Assembly: GCA_000002435.2 (NCBI GenBank)
Contig: CM018793.1
Strand: one strand, 5' to 3'
Origin: Giardia intestinalis
Lineage: Eukaryota
DNA: 64,000 bases
The notes beneath the pieces were generated by a model. That model did no database searches and had not been told where the DNA came from. It saw nothing but the letters and a program-made list of their open reading frames with translations. The stretch's first letter is position 1. Every line of letters starts with the position of its first letter. The translations under genes and the position numbers were made by a program. Of this stretch, positions 20,601 to 29,557 are shown one piece after another.

Positions 20601-21866
20601 GCCGCTGTGGAGTCGTTCTTTTCATGGAGCTTCCCACAATAATCGCCCTCGGGCAGAGTAAGAACCTGCCTCGCTCTGTGGCAGCTGACAATTGCAGAAC
20701 TCAATGAAGAGATCAAGTACGGTAAATCGATAATGACGCGAGCAAATATAGTGAATAGATACGCAGCCGTATAGGCGTGGCCGTGTAAGGTGCCCGCTTA
20801 GCACTGACAAGAAGGCACAGAGAAGCATGGCGGGCCAAGTCATGTAGCCCACCAAGTGGATGCATGATCGCGCAAGGGTCATCCTTCCCACGTATATGAG
20901 CTCTTGACGCCTACGTGGGTGCATTCGACTCCTGCACAGCTCCTGATAATTATAGGCCTTTATCACCCGTAGCCCTGCTATTACTTCGGTGACATGCCGT
21001 GCACGGACATCGCGCGCAGCAGCATATCGTTTTTCCAGAAAGAGATTGTACAGGGTCAGGAGACTAATGAAGGGGAGCGTAACGAGGATGCCCCCAAATC
21101 CAGCAAGAGCACTCCTATCAATTTGAAAAACCAGGAATAAAACAATCATCAACAACTTAAGTGGCACCGCTATCATCCTTGGTATGTTCGACACTAGATT
21201 AGAAATGGAGCGGGCATCACCACTAATGAAAGTAATCACCGCCGGAGATAAAACGTGCGTCGCTGCAACATTGGGAATGCGTATGAGCTTCTTGTACAAT
21301 AGCATCGAGATGGCCTGGGACACACGGATGCTCTGCTCAGCACAGATTGTTGATGCAATGGACTGGAAAAACGCCGTCAAAAGCTGTGCAACAAGGTTAA
21401 TAACTATCCATACCCATGCCTCGCGGAATAAGCCAACAAGCACACTGCTACTAGAGTCGCGGAGGTCAGCTATATGACCAGTATCTAAGACCTTAAGGAG
21501 CTCTGTCATAGTCTTTGGTTGCACAAAAGAAAGAAATACAGCAAGTCCCATTAGTATGGAAGACACAGCAAAGAAGGGCCAGCTCGTCTTCATGACTAGA
21601 GAGCCGATTCGGGCGGGTCTAGCAGTTGCCCGTGCCACCGCCAAAGTGCCTTCCAGCTTAGTCAAGACCTTACCATAATTCATGTTTGTTGGCAGAGAAG
21701 GAATGTCTGATGGTTTTAATACCCTCTGCTTTCTCGCTCTTGCCACGAATGGTGTCATCCATAGAAATGTATAGTAGAGGATGAATGGGCAGCGCTCGCT
21801 CTGCGGCCGTGCACTGGGAAACGCAGTAAACTCGTAGCTCTCATATCGCTCAGCCCTATCTGCCAT
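17679..21866 (-). pseudogene. ABCC/MRP-type full-length ABC transporter (TMD1-NBD1-TMD2-NBD2) disrupted by at least 8 frameshifts/stops; pseudogene or locally error-laden sequence
   Basis: Collinear fragments on the minus strand, in order from N- to C-terminus:
- 20622..21866: MRP-like N-terminus RCPFILYYTFLWMTPFV plus TMD1.
- 19924..20397: NBD1 Walker A, GCLVGVGGCVGSGKSS.
- 19823..20125: SLLLAILGEV…GRIAYCSQVP, the Q-loop region.
- 19515..19913: [35 protein letters not shown], i.e. signature, Walker B and D-loop.
- 18511..19716: TMD2.
- 18247..18495: NBD2 Walker A, VAIIGKTGSGKSSLVNAILRLVEPEAG.
- 17987..18562: ILLNGLNLLKMGLHQARSKVTLIPQDPFIFSGTLRAYL.
- 17679..17951, extended upstream in frame: [45 protein letters not shown]…IIITIAHRLRTV, i.e. 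signature, Walker B, D-loop and H-loop.
Every junction requires a +/-1 frame change. The one near 18075 is a 1-nt indel next to AGTCAAAGC. Confidence 0.7.
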
Positions 21867-22035
21867 ATGTCCCCTATCTGCCCGATTCTCGTCTGCCAGA
21901 GTCTAAGGGCTTTTATGGATTGGGGACAGAGGGGCGGCGAGGGGTCAGGCACGCGGAGCAGAGGCACCCCTCGCAGCCAGCCGTGCGCCGCTAGCGAATC
22001 CAGCAAGACGACGCCGGGGCCATGAAAACACAAAA

Positions 22036-25000
22036 ATGGGGGACAGAAACCTGGACTGGAACCGGACGACCGCCCCGCTCCCGTTCGTGTGGTCGGACAT
22101 GGAGCCGGCGATCTACGAGCTCAGCGAGTCGTTCCTCCCCGTGGACCTGTCCGCCTCCCACCTCGCGCTGGGCAGGTCGTCGTTCCTCTCGCTCTTCGAG
22201 GACGAGCTGGGCGCCGACGAGGCGAGGCGGGGCTACGACGGGCTTCTGCCGGAGAGGCCGGGACCCTGCACCCTGGCGGCCTCGCCCCTGCCGGCCAAGC
22301 GGGCGCACGTGAGCTCCCTACTGGCGGAGGCCAGGCGCGGCGCATTCGAGTCCCAGCTGGAGCGGAGCGTCCTGCCCAGCTCCACCGTCTTCGCGCGCCT
22401 GGAGCAGGCCCTCCAGCGACCCCCGGAGGGCAGCAAGGCGGCGCTCCAGGCGGCCCTGTTCTACGTGCTCGGCCTCCGCATAAGCTGCGCCCTGCCCCTC
22501 CCCCTGGACCCCGACACCGTGGTGAAGCGGGCGCTCCTCCTCTTCCTCCACAACGGCGGCTCCTTTTTCAGGCAGGTCCTCAAGCGGTTCGGCGTCCTCG
22601 CCGGCGAGTGCGCGGTCTCCCTCTCGGACTTGAGGGCGGAGTCGACGCAGAACGCAAGCAAGCAGCTCCCGCCTCCCCTGACCCACTGCATCCAGGTCCT
22701 GCATCTTGTGCTGACCTCCCTGAACCTGCGGGGGGTCACCGTCTTCGAGCACACCGTCTACGATCGCCTGGACGGCTCAGTCGACTGCTCGCCCTACCTC
22801 CACACCTTCGAAGGCTTCGTCAGGGCTCTGGTCCACCCCCTTGCGCTCCTACTCTCCAAGCTGATCCAGGCAGACGCAGGCCCGCACAACAACACCTTCA
22901 ACAACGCGATCGCCCGCTGCGTGGCTTGCTGCCGCCCGGTGGCCCTGCTGAGACAGGCGCTCCTCCTCCTCCTGGGCCCGCTGGGCGACCACAAGCAGGC
23001 CCGGAAGTGCCGGAGCATCCGCAGGATGGCCCTGGAGGAGCAGGGCAGCGCCGGGTCTTGCGCGATCAAGACCGTCAAGCGGCTTCCGCCCCCGCGCTTC
23101 CGTGGCTACGTCAACCCCACATCCTCGTCTGTCGCGGCCCTGCTGCGGTTCTTCGAGGGCTCGTTCAGGCCGAAGGACACCCCCTTCTCGTCCGGCAACG
23201 TCTCCCCCTACGCCGATAAAGGCGTCGCAGACCAGATGGCAGAGTGTGCAAGCGTCATTACGGCCTTCAACGCCCGCCAGCCCAACAGGCGGCGCCCGGG
23301 GCTCTTCCCGGGGCTCGCAGAGGAGTACGCCAACCGGAGGGACGAGGCCGCGCTAGGCCTCTTCCAGCTGCTCCCCAGGCCGGACGTGCGGATCGGCCTG
23401 CAGTCCCTGGCAGACCTCCACGGCGGGTACATGGCCATGCGGTACAGCTGCGACGCCAGAGAGTCAGTCATGTCGCGCTCCCAGGAGACCTCTGTCGGCG
23501 GCCGGAGCGACCTGGACGGCGGGTACGACGCCGAGCTGGAGCGCACCCTCGGCAACGTGGTGGTCACCAGCGACTACCGCATGTACCTCAACAGGGTCAA
23601 GCGGGGGCTGACCGCGTCCTTCCCGTTCTCGGGGAGGCCGGTTGCGAAGGGCAATCTGCCCTACTTCGAGCGGTGCATAGAGAAGGTGCTGTCCTTCAAC
23701 TACCACGAGGAGCGGTTCCGCAGCATCAAATACCACGAGCTGGTCAACGTGCTCACCTACGCGCTTCCCCTGGACGTCCAGCGGGCGATGCTCGTCAGCA
23801 TTTCCAACGAGGCCGACTGCGTCCTGGAGCACCAGTTCTACCACCTGATCCGAGAGGTCGACATGCCGGCGTTCCTCTCGTCGCTGCTCCGCCTGGCGCT
23901 GTGCGGGGTCCCCCACATGCTCGAGACGGTCCTGTCGGCCAAGGCGACTGCGGGCACGACGAAGGACGCTGAGAAGGGCGCGTTCTCCAACAACACCCCG
24001 TCGTCCACGCGGCACGTCCGGGAGTCTGTGCTGAAGAGCTGCCTCCACGTCCTTCTCCTCCTGCAGGCGAAGGCCCGCCAGGTCCACCCGAGCGTGGGCC
24101 TTTTCGTCTCCAGCATAATACAGCGGTGCAACGGTCAGGGGTGCGGGCTCGACGCCGTCATCGCCACCATGTGCCTGCCTGCGGCCGCGTACATAACGGG
24201 CGTGGACCCGCGGACCGCCGCGCTGGGCACGTGCCTTTTCCTCCCCGGCCAGGCCGCGGACGCGCTCGCTCCGGACGAGCGGGTGGCCGACGCAGGCGAG
24301 TTCCTCCAGGCCAGGCCCGCCAAGCAGGGCGCCCCGCCGGACCCGGCGCTAGACCCCGCGAGGCCCCTCCACAGCATGGCGAGCGGCAGGCGGCTGTTCT
24401 GCCTGCTGACGGCGTCGCGCTGCTTCTACGGCTACATCTCGCACTCCGCGTCCCGGGCCCAGGAGGCCCTCGCCCTCTACTCGAAGGTGAGCGCCAATTA
24501 CATCTCGTACATCCTGCAGTCCTCCAGCACGGCGGCCAGCCAGGGGTCTGCCGCTGCCGCCGCAAGCCAGGCCCTTCCAGACAACCTCAGCCAGACGACC
24601 GTCTTCACCAGGGGCGCCCTGCAGCGCAAGGCAGGGGCCGCGGCGCAGAGCGTCCCGGGCGGGGGCTCCAGGCCGCCGATGGCGTACATCCCGAACAACC
24701 TGGCCAACCTGATGGAGTTCCTGCGCGGAGACAATAGCACCAACAACCCCGCCAACATAAACACGGCGGGCACGCTCACGTGCAACTTCCCGGGGTACCA
24801 GCTGTCCAAGGTCAACAACCTTTCGTCCATCGTCGTGCTTCTGAAGATCGCCAAGCACATACTGCCCTTCGCGGCGGGGGACTACTCGCGCATATACGGG
24901 GTGTTCGAGCTGCAGGGCCTCCCCGCCTTCCGCGAGTACCTGACGAAGCTCATCTACCAGCTCTCCATAAGCCCGTGCAGCGAGGACAGCTGGCGCTGGA

Positions 25001-25224
25001 CGAGGGACGTCGTCGCGAAGAACGCGGCGATCTTCGCAGAGTTCGAGCGCGCCGCCTTAATAGCCTTCACCGAGAAGTACCTCCTGCCCGACCGCCACCC
25101 GTCGCTGGCCCACTACGGGTGGCTCTACGAGAGCAGCCTGCCCGACGCCCCGGAGCAGTACGCGGCGGAGGAGGCCGTTGCGCTCTCCCAGCTCCACGCG
25201 GGATGGCCCTGTAACCGCATCTGA
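22036..25224 (+). CDS. Large hypothetical protein (1062 aa) encoded in a very GC-rich (about 68% GC) segment
   Basis: Uninterrupted 3.2-kb ORF with an ATG after CAAAA. The amino-acid composition is diverse (F/Y/W/N/H present, not merely Ala/Pro/Arg), which argues for genuine coding. All other frames over this span carry long stop-free ORFs purely because of GC richness. No motif recognised. Confidence 0.6.
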   Translation: MGDRNLDWNRTTAPLPFVWSDMEPAIYELSESFLPVDLSASHLALGRSSFLSLFEDELGADEARRGYDGLLPERPGPCTLAASPLPAKRAHVSSLLAEARRGAFESQLERSVLPSSTVFARLEQALQRPPEGSKAALQAALFYVLGLRISCALPLPLDPDTVVKRALLLFLHNGGSFFRQVLKRFGVLAGECAVSLSDLRAESTQNASKQLPPPLTHCIQVLHLVLTSLNLRGVTVFEHTVYDRLDGSVDCSPYLHTFEGFVRALVHPLALLLSKLIQADAGPHNNTFNNAIARCVACCRPVALLRQALLLLLGPLGDHKQARKCRSIRRMALEEQGSAGSCAIKTVKRLPPPRFRGYVNPTSSSVAALLRFFEGSFRPKDTPFSSGNVSPYADKGVADQMAECASVITAFNARQPNRRRPGLFPGLAEEYANRRDEAALGLFQLLPRPDVRIGLQSLADLHGGYMAMRYSCDARESVMSRSQETSVGGRSDLDGGYDAELERTLGNVVVTSDYRMYLNRVKRGLTASFPFSGRPVAKGNLPYFERCIEKVLSFNYHEERFRSIKYHELVNVLTYALPLDVQRAMLVSISNEADCVLEHQFYHLIREVDMPAFLSSLLRLALCGVPHMLETVLSAKATAGTTKDAEKGAFSNNTPSSTRHVRESVLKSCLHVLLLLQAKARQVHPSVGLFVSSIIQRCNGQGCGLDAVIATMCLPAAAYITGVDPRTAALGTCLFLPGQAADALAPDERVADAGEFLQARPAKQGAPPDPALDPARPLHSMASGRRLFCLLTASRCFYGYISHSASRAQEALALYSKVSANYISYILQSSSTAASQGSAAAAASQALPDNLSQTTVFTRGALQRKAGAAAQSVPGGGSRPPMAYIPNNLANLMEFLRGDNSTNNPANINTAGTLTCNFPGYQLSKVNNLSSIVVLLKIAKHILPFAAGDYSRIYGVFELQGLPAFREYLTKLIYQLSISPCSEDSWRWTRDVVAKNAAIFAEFERAALIAFTEKYLLPDRHPSLAHYGWLYESSLPDAPEQYAAEEAVALSQLHAGWPCNRI

Positions 25225-25259
25225 AAAGGACCCGCGTGTCTTTAGCCAAACAAAATATA

Positions 25260-25520
25260 ATGAACAATGGGAAGCATCGGTTCTACAGTAAACCTTGTCT
25301 GGGTGGATTGATGGGAAAGAGGGTCAGGGTGGATCTTGGCTATGGCCGCTGGGTGGAGGGGGTGCTTGCAGAGGCAGACGTCTTCACAAATCTGGTCCTG
25401 TCAGACTGTCACGGGTCGCGTCCGCTGGCTCCTTCTGAGGCTGCACCAATCACCGTGTTTCCGTCCTGTGTGGTTCGTGGCGCAGCTATCAAAGCAATCC
25501 TACTGGTGAGCCCCGACTAG
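25260..25520 (+). CDS. Sm-like (LSm/Sm fold) small protein
   Basis: Sm1-like LMGKRVRVDLGYGRWVEGVLAEADVFTNLVLSDCHG and Sm2-like VVRGAAIKAILLV segments are present. The track ORF starts at a GTG (25236); the true ATG at 25260 is preceded by AAACAAAATATA (AT-rich initiator). About 86 aa. Confidence 0.55.
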   Translation: MNNGKHRFYSKPCLGGLMGKRVRVDLGYGRWVEGVLAEADVFTNLVLSDCHGSRPLAPSEAAPITVFPSCVVRGAAIKAILLVSPD

Positions 25521-25556
25521 GTGGACATCTGCAGTGCGTGGAGCGCCTCTTGGCGT

Positions 25557-26315
25557 TTACTTGAAGACCTCCATGAACTCCTCAACTGGCTTATTGCAAG
25601 CAGGACAGACCTTGCTGGCCACGTCCTTCCCGCAGTCCTTGCAGAGGACGTAGTGCTTGCACGGCATGCAGACCAGGTTGGGGGCGTTGGCGCGGCACTT
25701 CACGCACTTCGTGTACTTCTTCGAGTTGAGGAGCTTGCGGATCTCGCCCAGGCACTTCTCGAGGGACTTGTTCAGCTGCTCCTCCGAGATCTCCGCCCCC
25801 TGGTCGATCCCCGAGCAGGAGAGGAAGTAGAACGCCTCGAAGAACGAGCGGAAGATGGCCATGTTGTGGCTCTTGACCTCGGCCTGCTGCGACTTCTTGG
25901 CCATCTCGGTGTAGGTGGCCGCGACCCTCTGCCGGAGCTGCTCCAGCATCGCCGCGTCCATCGTCTCGATGGTCTTCAGCCGGAGGACCTTGGCCGCCTC
26001 GAACTGCTTCGCCCTGGAGGCGTGGTTGAGGGCGGAGAGCTTGCCGGCGTCCCGCAGCCTCCCCTCCTTCTCGAAAAGGGCCTGGATCAGCTCGAGGTTC
26101 CCCCTCTTTGCCGCCGCGATCAGCGCGAAGGACCCGTCGTTCGAGACCAGGCCCGCCTCTGCGTCGACCAGCTCCAGGGCGACGGCGGTGTGCCCGGCCT
26201 CGGCGGCCCACATGAGCGCCGTCTTCCCGTCTGCGTCCCTCTGGCCTGCGTCCGCGGCCTTGTGGGCCCTGACGTAGTCCAGCCTGTTCTCCTTGGCCGC
26301 CTCAATAAGTGCCAT
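25557..26315 (-). CDS. Ankyrin-repeat protein with a C-terminal C3HC4 RING finger (putative E3 ubiquitin ligase)
   Basis: N-terminal ankyrin repeats (GKTALMWAAEAGHTAVALELV; GSFALIAAAKRGNLELIQAL) are followed by a C-terminal CVKCRANAPNLVCMPCKHYVLCKDCGKDVASKVCPACNKPV, whose Cys/His spacing fits a RING finger. True ATG. Confidence 0.65.
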   Translation of the reverse strand: MALIEAAKENRLDYVRAHKAADAGQRDADGKTALMWAAEAGHTAVALELVDAEAGLVSNDGSFALIAAAKRGNLELIQALFEKEGRLRDAGKLSALNHASRAKQFEAAKVLRLKTIETMDAAMLEQLRQRVAATYTEMAKKSQQAEVKSHNMAIFRSFFEAFYFLSCSGIDQGAEISEEQLNKSLEKCLGEIRKLLNSKKYTKCVKCRANAPNLVCMPCKHYVLCKDCGKDVASKVCPACNKPVEEFMEVFK

Positions 26316-26477
26316 TCTTTGCCTCCCAATTGCGATCGCGGCTCTTCATAAGACATATTGATAGAAAACTTGGAGACGTTGTTTCATGGCACTTTGGCAC
26401 GGACCGGAAGCATGGGGCGCTGGTCCGTAAGGCCTGTTCTCCAGGGCCTTCTGCTTCTCGTGAAGGGAACGACGGGT

Positions 26478-28584
26478 TTACTCGTGAGATCGTGGAGCAG
26501 CTTGGCGGCTGTTGCGACCACCGAGGCCCGGTATACGGCTGTCCCTAAGGAAAGATGCTATCTCAGAGTAGCCCTTGGCCTCAAGCTTATCAAAGAGGGA
26601 TTCGTCAGACTTGTCTATTAGATGCCCCTCCTTTTCAAATAGCAGCTTCACTATCTCTAAGCGGCCGCCATACGCTGCGTGCGTGATAGCGGGTAAGCCA
26701 TGGGGATCCAGCATGCAGCCTTCGCGCTCCATCAACAGCTGCACTACTTCTGCATGATTCTCAGAGGCAGCCTTCATGAGGGCGGTCGCATTACAAGTAT
26801 TCCCTGGGCCACTCTCATATTGCATTAGCAGTTGTACTGCTGCTACGTGGCCGCATACTGCTGCTTGTATTAGCGCCGTCCCAGTATGTGTCCATCGCTT
26901 CTTCTGAATGGGTATAAGTGCGCTTACTGCTAATGTGTCGCTTATTTTTGCGGCTCGCATGAGCGCTGTGACGCCCCTATCATCGGTTGGGTCGAGAACC
27001 TCCACTACGTTTTCGTGTCCTGCCTCTGCCGCAAGGATCCGAGCCGTCTTGCCTTGTCTGTCGGTCAGGTCCTCCTCGTACGGAGCCAGAACAGAAGCAG
27101 CCTCCGCATGGCCCTCCTGTGCAGCAATCATCAGAGCAGTACGGCCGTTCTTGCTCTTCCTCCCATGCTCATGAGGGATGAGAATCCTAGCTACCTCAGG
27201 ATGGTTCCCGTGTGCGGCGTGCATGAGCGCGGTCCAGCCGTTTTTATCTTTGATACCCTTCTCCTTCTCAACAAGCAGCTCAACAGGCCCACCGTGCCCC
27301 TGCTGGGCCGCGTGCATGAGGGCCGTCATCCCCCGCTTGTCGCGCTGGCCGATACAATCTTTCTCGTTGGCCAGCATCCGGACGGTCTCCATGTCATTCG
27401 TGTGTGCAGCATATATTAGTTTGAACAAGGAGAGGTCCGTCTGGGTGCCAACCACTTTCATTTCACTATTGGATTGTGTAAACTTATCCTCCAGTGCTTT
27501 TATCCGGCCTTCAAGCGTGCCAATCCCGGTGGTCTTAACTCTGGGTTCTTGCCCCAAGGCGTTGGCTTCACTTGGCCTGCTCTCAAGAGCGCCCTTGAAA
27601 GAGGCAGTCTCAGCAGACTTGGCGTCGAGGACTGCCTCAAGAATAGCAATCCTAGCATTAGCATTATTCAGAGCAGTCTTCAGGGAGCCGCATTCGTACT
27701 TCAGCACCGCATATTGAGCCCCCAGCTCACTAACTGGGATGTCGAATGTAGCGAGCGTCTCATGCAGCTCCCTGGCCGTCGGCCTCCTCTCTGGCTCTAG
27801 TACAAAGATCCTCTCCAGAACATTCTGCATGAAGCCATCAGTGATGCCACTCAGGTCCGGCCTCCACCCATCGACGAAGACCTCTGCCGGCTCCTTGCCC
27901 CCCAAGAAGTCCGGTCTCCTCAAAGTAGTAAGCTCGTAGACGATGGCCCCGAGGTTCCACATGTCGGAGGCGGGGCTGGCCTCGTTGCGGAGGAGCACCT
28001 CGGGGGCCACGTATGCCATTATTCCCATGAGAGTGCTCCCACTCCACAGGGCGTCCTTGCAGAGGCCGAGGCCAGTGATGACGAAGTGTTCACCATCTGC
28101 GCTGATAAGGACGTTGGCAGGCCTGAGGTCACAGTGGACAAGTCTCTCGGTATCTGCCCCACTGGCCCCGTAGAGGTAGGCGAGGGCGGCGGCGACCTGC
28201 CTCAGGACGGAGAGAATCACAGCGATAGGGACGAGAGTCTTCCTTCGTTTGTGCTCGGTGAGGAGGTGCTCAAGGGTCTTGTCTTGGCGATCCGTAACGA
28301 CGTAGATGAGGCCTTCGTCCTCGACCACTTGATGGTGCTTGAGGACTCCTGGATGGGAGAGGTCGGGGAGGGCGGTCAGCCCACGCTTTAGCATCCACAC
28401 CGTGCTGACCCAGACCGTCGAGCCGGATCTCCTTCACAGTGAGGTAGGGGTATCCCCTGAGAGAGTAGACTGTTCCCGCGGCACTTTCACTAAGCACATC
28501 ATCCAGCCCCTCGTAGAGCTCCCTGGGGGTGAACTGCGGGGCACTGAGAGCCACCGTTGCAGACCCAGACGAGGCGGCGTACAT
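26478..28584 (-). pseudogene. NEK-type protein kinase with a C-terminal ankyrin-repeat array, interrupted by a single frameshift between kinase subdomains II and IV (pseudogene or indel error)
   Basis: The upstream ORF 28270..28584 has a true ATG, an AT-rich initiator, and the kinase N-lobe GTVYSLRGYPYLTVKEIRLDG (Gly-loop and VAVK-Lys region). The 640-aa ORF 26478..28400 begins at a GTG and starts mid-kinase (…LSHPGVLKHHQ…LIYVVTD…HCDLRPANVLIS…GIMAYVAPEVL), then continues into a coiled coil and at least 6 ankyrin repeats (GMTALMHAAQQGH…). The two frames overlap at 28270..28443, and the +/-1 shift lies within about 28395..28443. Confidence 0.65.
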
Positions 28585-28885
28585 CTTGGTTTCATTTTGG
28601 TAATCTACCGTTTTGGAAACGATCCGTTTTACATGGGTTCATATCTACAGGTCTACAGCAGTCCCGTGCCTGTAGGGGCTTCTGCATAAGAGATGAGAAG
28701 GCCACCTGTGCGACCATTTCACCCACCGGTGTCCCAGTGCTGACCGAGGGTGAGAAGGCCTGCTCCCCCTAGCCTCTGTGGAAACGGGTGGTTGTGTGCC
28801 TCACTGACAGCCACCACTTCATTAGGGTGTCTGTTCGCTGCACAACTGGAGGGAGATTCTATCCACCGCCGGATGCAACCAACAG

Positions 28886-29557
28886 TTAGGCGCGTTCACT
28901 CATGGACTTTCTGGGCGGCATCCGTAGCCGGGGCTCCGTCAGTCCAATACCCTCACTCTCAAGAAGGGACACCACCTCGGAATGACCCTCCATATCAGCT
29001 ACACAAAGAGCAGACTCCCCGCCTATGTCCTTCTCCTTCTCTAGTAGCAACTTAACACAATCTAGACGACCAAAGTATGCTGCAGCTGTGAGGGCGGTAA
29101 AGTCTTTGTCCTTCGTCATGCCTCCCTCAACATCCAGGAGTAACTTCACTACCTCGGTGCGACCGTTTGCTGCTGCCCACATGAGGGCCGTCAAGTCGTT
29201 GCTGCTCCTCATACCGCCTTCGCACCTCATCAGCAGCTTTACCGTCTCAACGTGTCCAAGCACTGCGGCGACCATCAGGGCCGTCCCGTCGTATATCTCT
29301 ACCATCCCTGCCGTAACAAACCTCGCCACCATCCTTGCTTGATAATGGATGTAGCGCTTCACCGCGTCCACGTCGTTCCTCTTAGCTGCCTCCATAAGTG
29401 TGGTGACGCCATCCTCGTCCACGCTGCCTTCATCATCCATTTCTGAAGGCTCAGTTGGGTTTCCTGCGCCCTCTTCGCTCGTGTCCTTCTCTGGTGCGAG
29501 GGGCGGGGTGTCGTCGTGCTCCTGAGAGCAGTGATCCGAATCATCTGCAGACGACAT
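28886..29557 (-). CDS. Ankyrin-repeat protein (Giardia 'protein 21.1'-like)
   Basis: Four to five ankyrin repeats (TTLMEAAKRNDVDAVKRYI; TALMVAAVLGHVETVKLLM; LTALMWAAANGRTEVVKLLL; TALTAAAYFGRLDCVKLLL; ESALCVADMEGHSEVVSLL). The track ORF begins at 29785, but an internal ATG at 29557 (MSSADDSDHC…) carries the canonical initiator GGAATAAAA-ATG. The upstream 76 aa lack protein-like character. Confidence 0.55.
   Translation of the reverse strand: MSSADDSDHCSQEHDDTPPLAPEKDTSEEGAGNPTEPSEMDDEGSVDEDGVTTLMEAAKRNDVDAVKRYIHYQARMVARFVTAGMVEIYDGTALMVAAVLGHVETVKLLMRCEGGMRSSNDLTALMWAAANGRTEVVKLLLDVEGGMTKDKDFTALTAAAYFGRLDCVKLLLEKEKDIGGESALCVADMEGHSEVVSLLESEGIGLTEPRLRMPPRKSMSERA

Noticed and set aside
22089-25267. 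Dozens of 60-370-aa ORFs on both strands overlapping the 1062-aa gene (e.g. 22089..23219 +, 23464..24087 -, 24349..24858 -)
   Set aside because: They are Arg/Pro/Gly/Ala-rich translations typical of stop-codon depletion in about 68% GC DNA. They lack ATG starts with initiators, and the same pattern appears antisense to the GC3-rich part of Vps4 (15640..16188 -, 15777..16319 +). These are compositional artefacts, not overlapping genes.
28805-28815. Single TAGGG (telomere-repeat unit) occurrence
   Set aside because: It is an isolated copy, not a tandem array, so it gives no evidence of telomeric or subtelomeric repeats.
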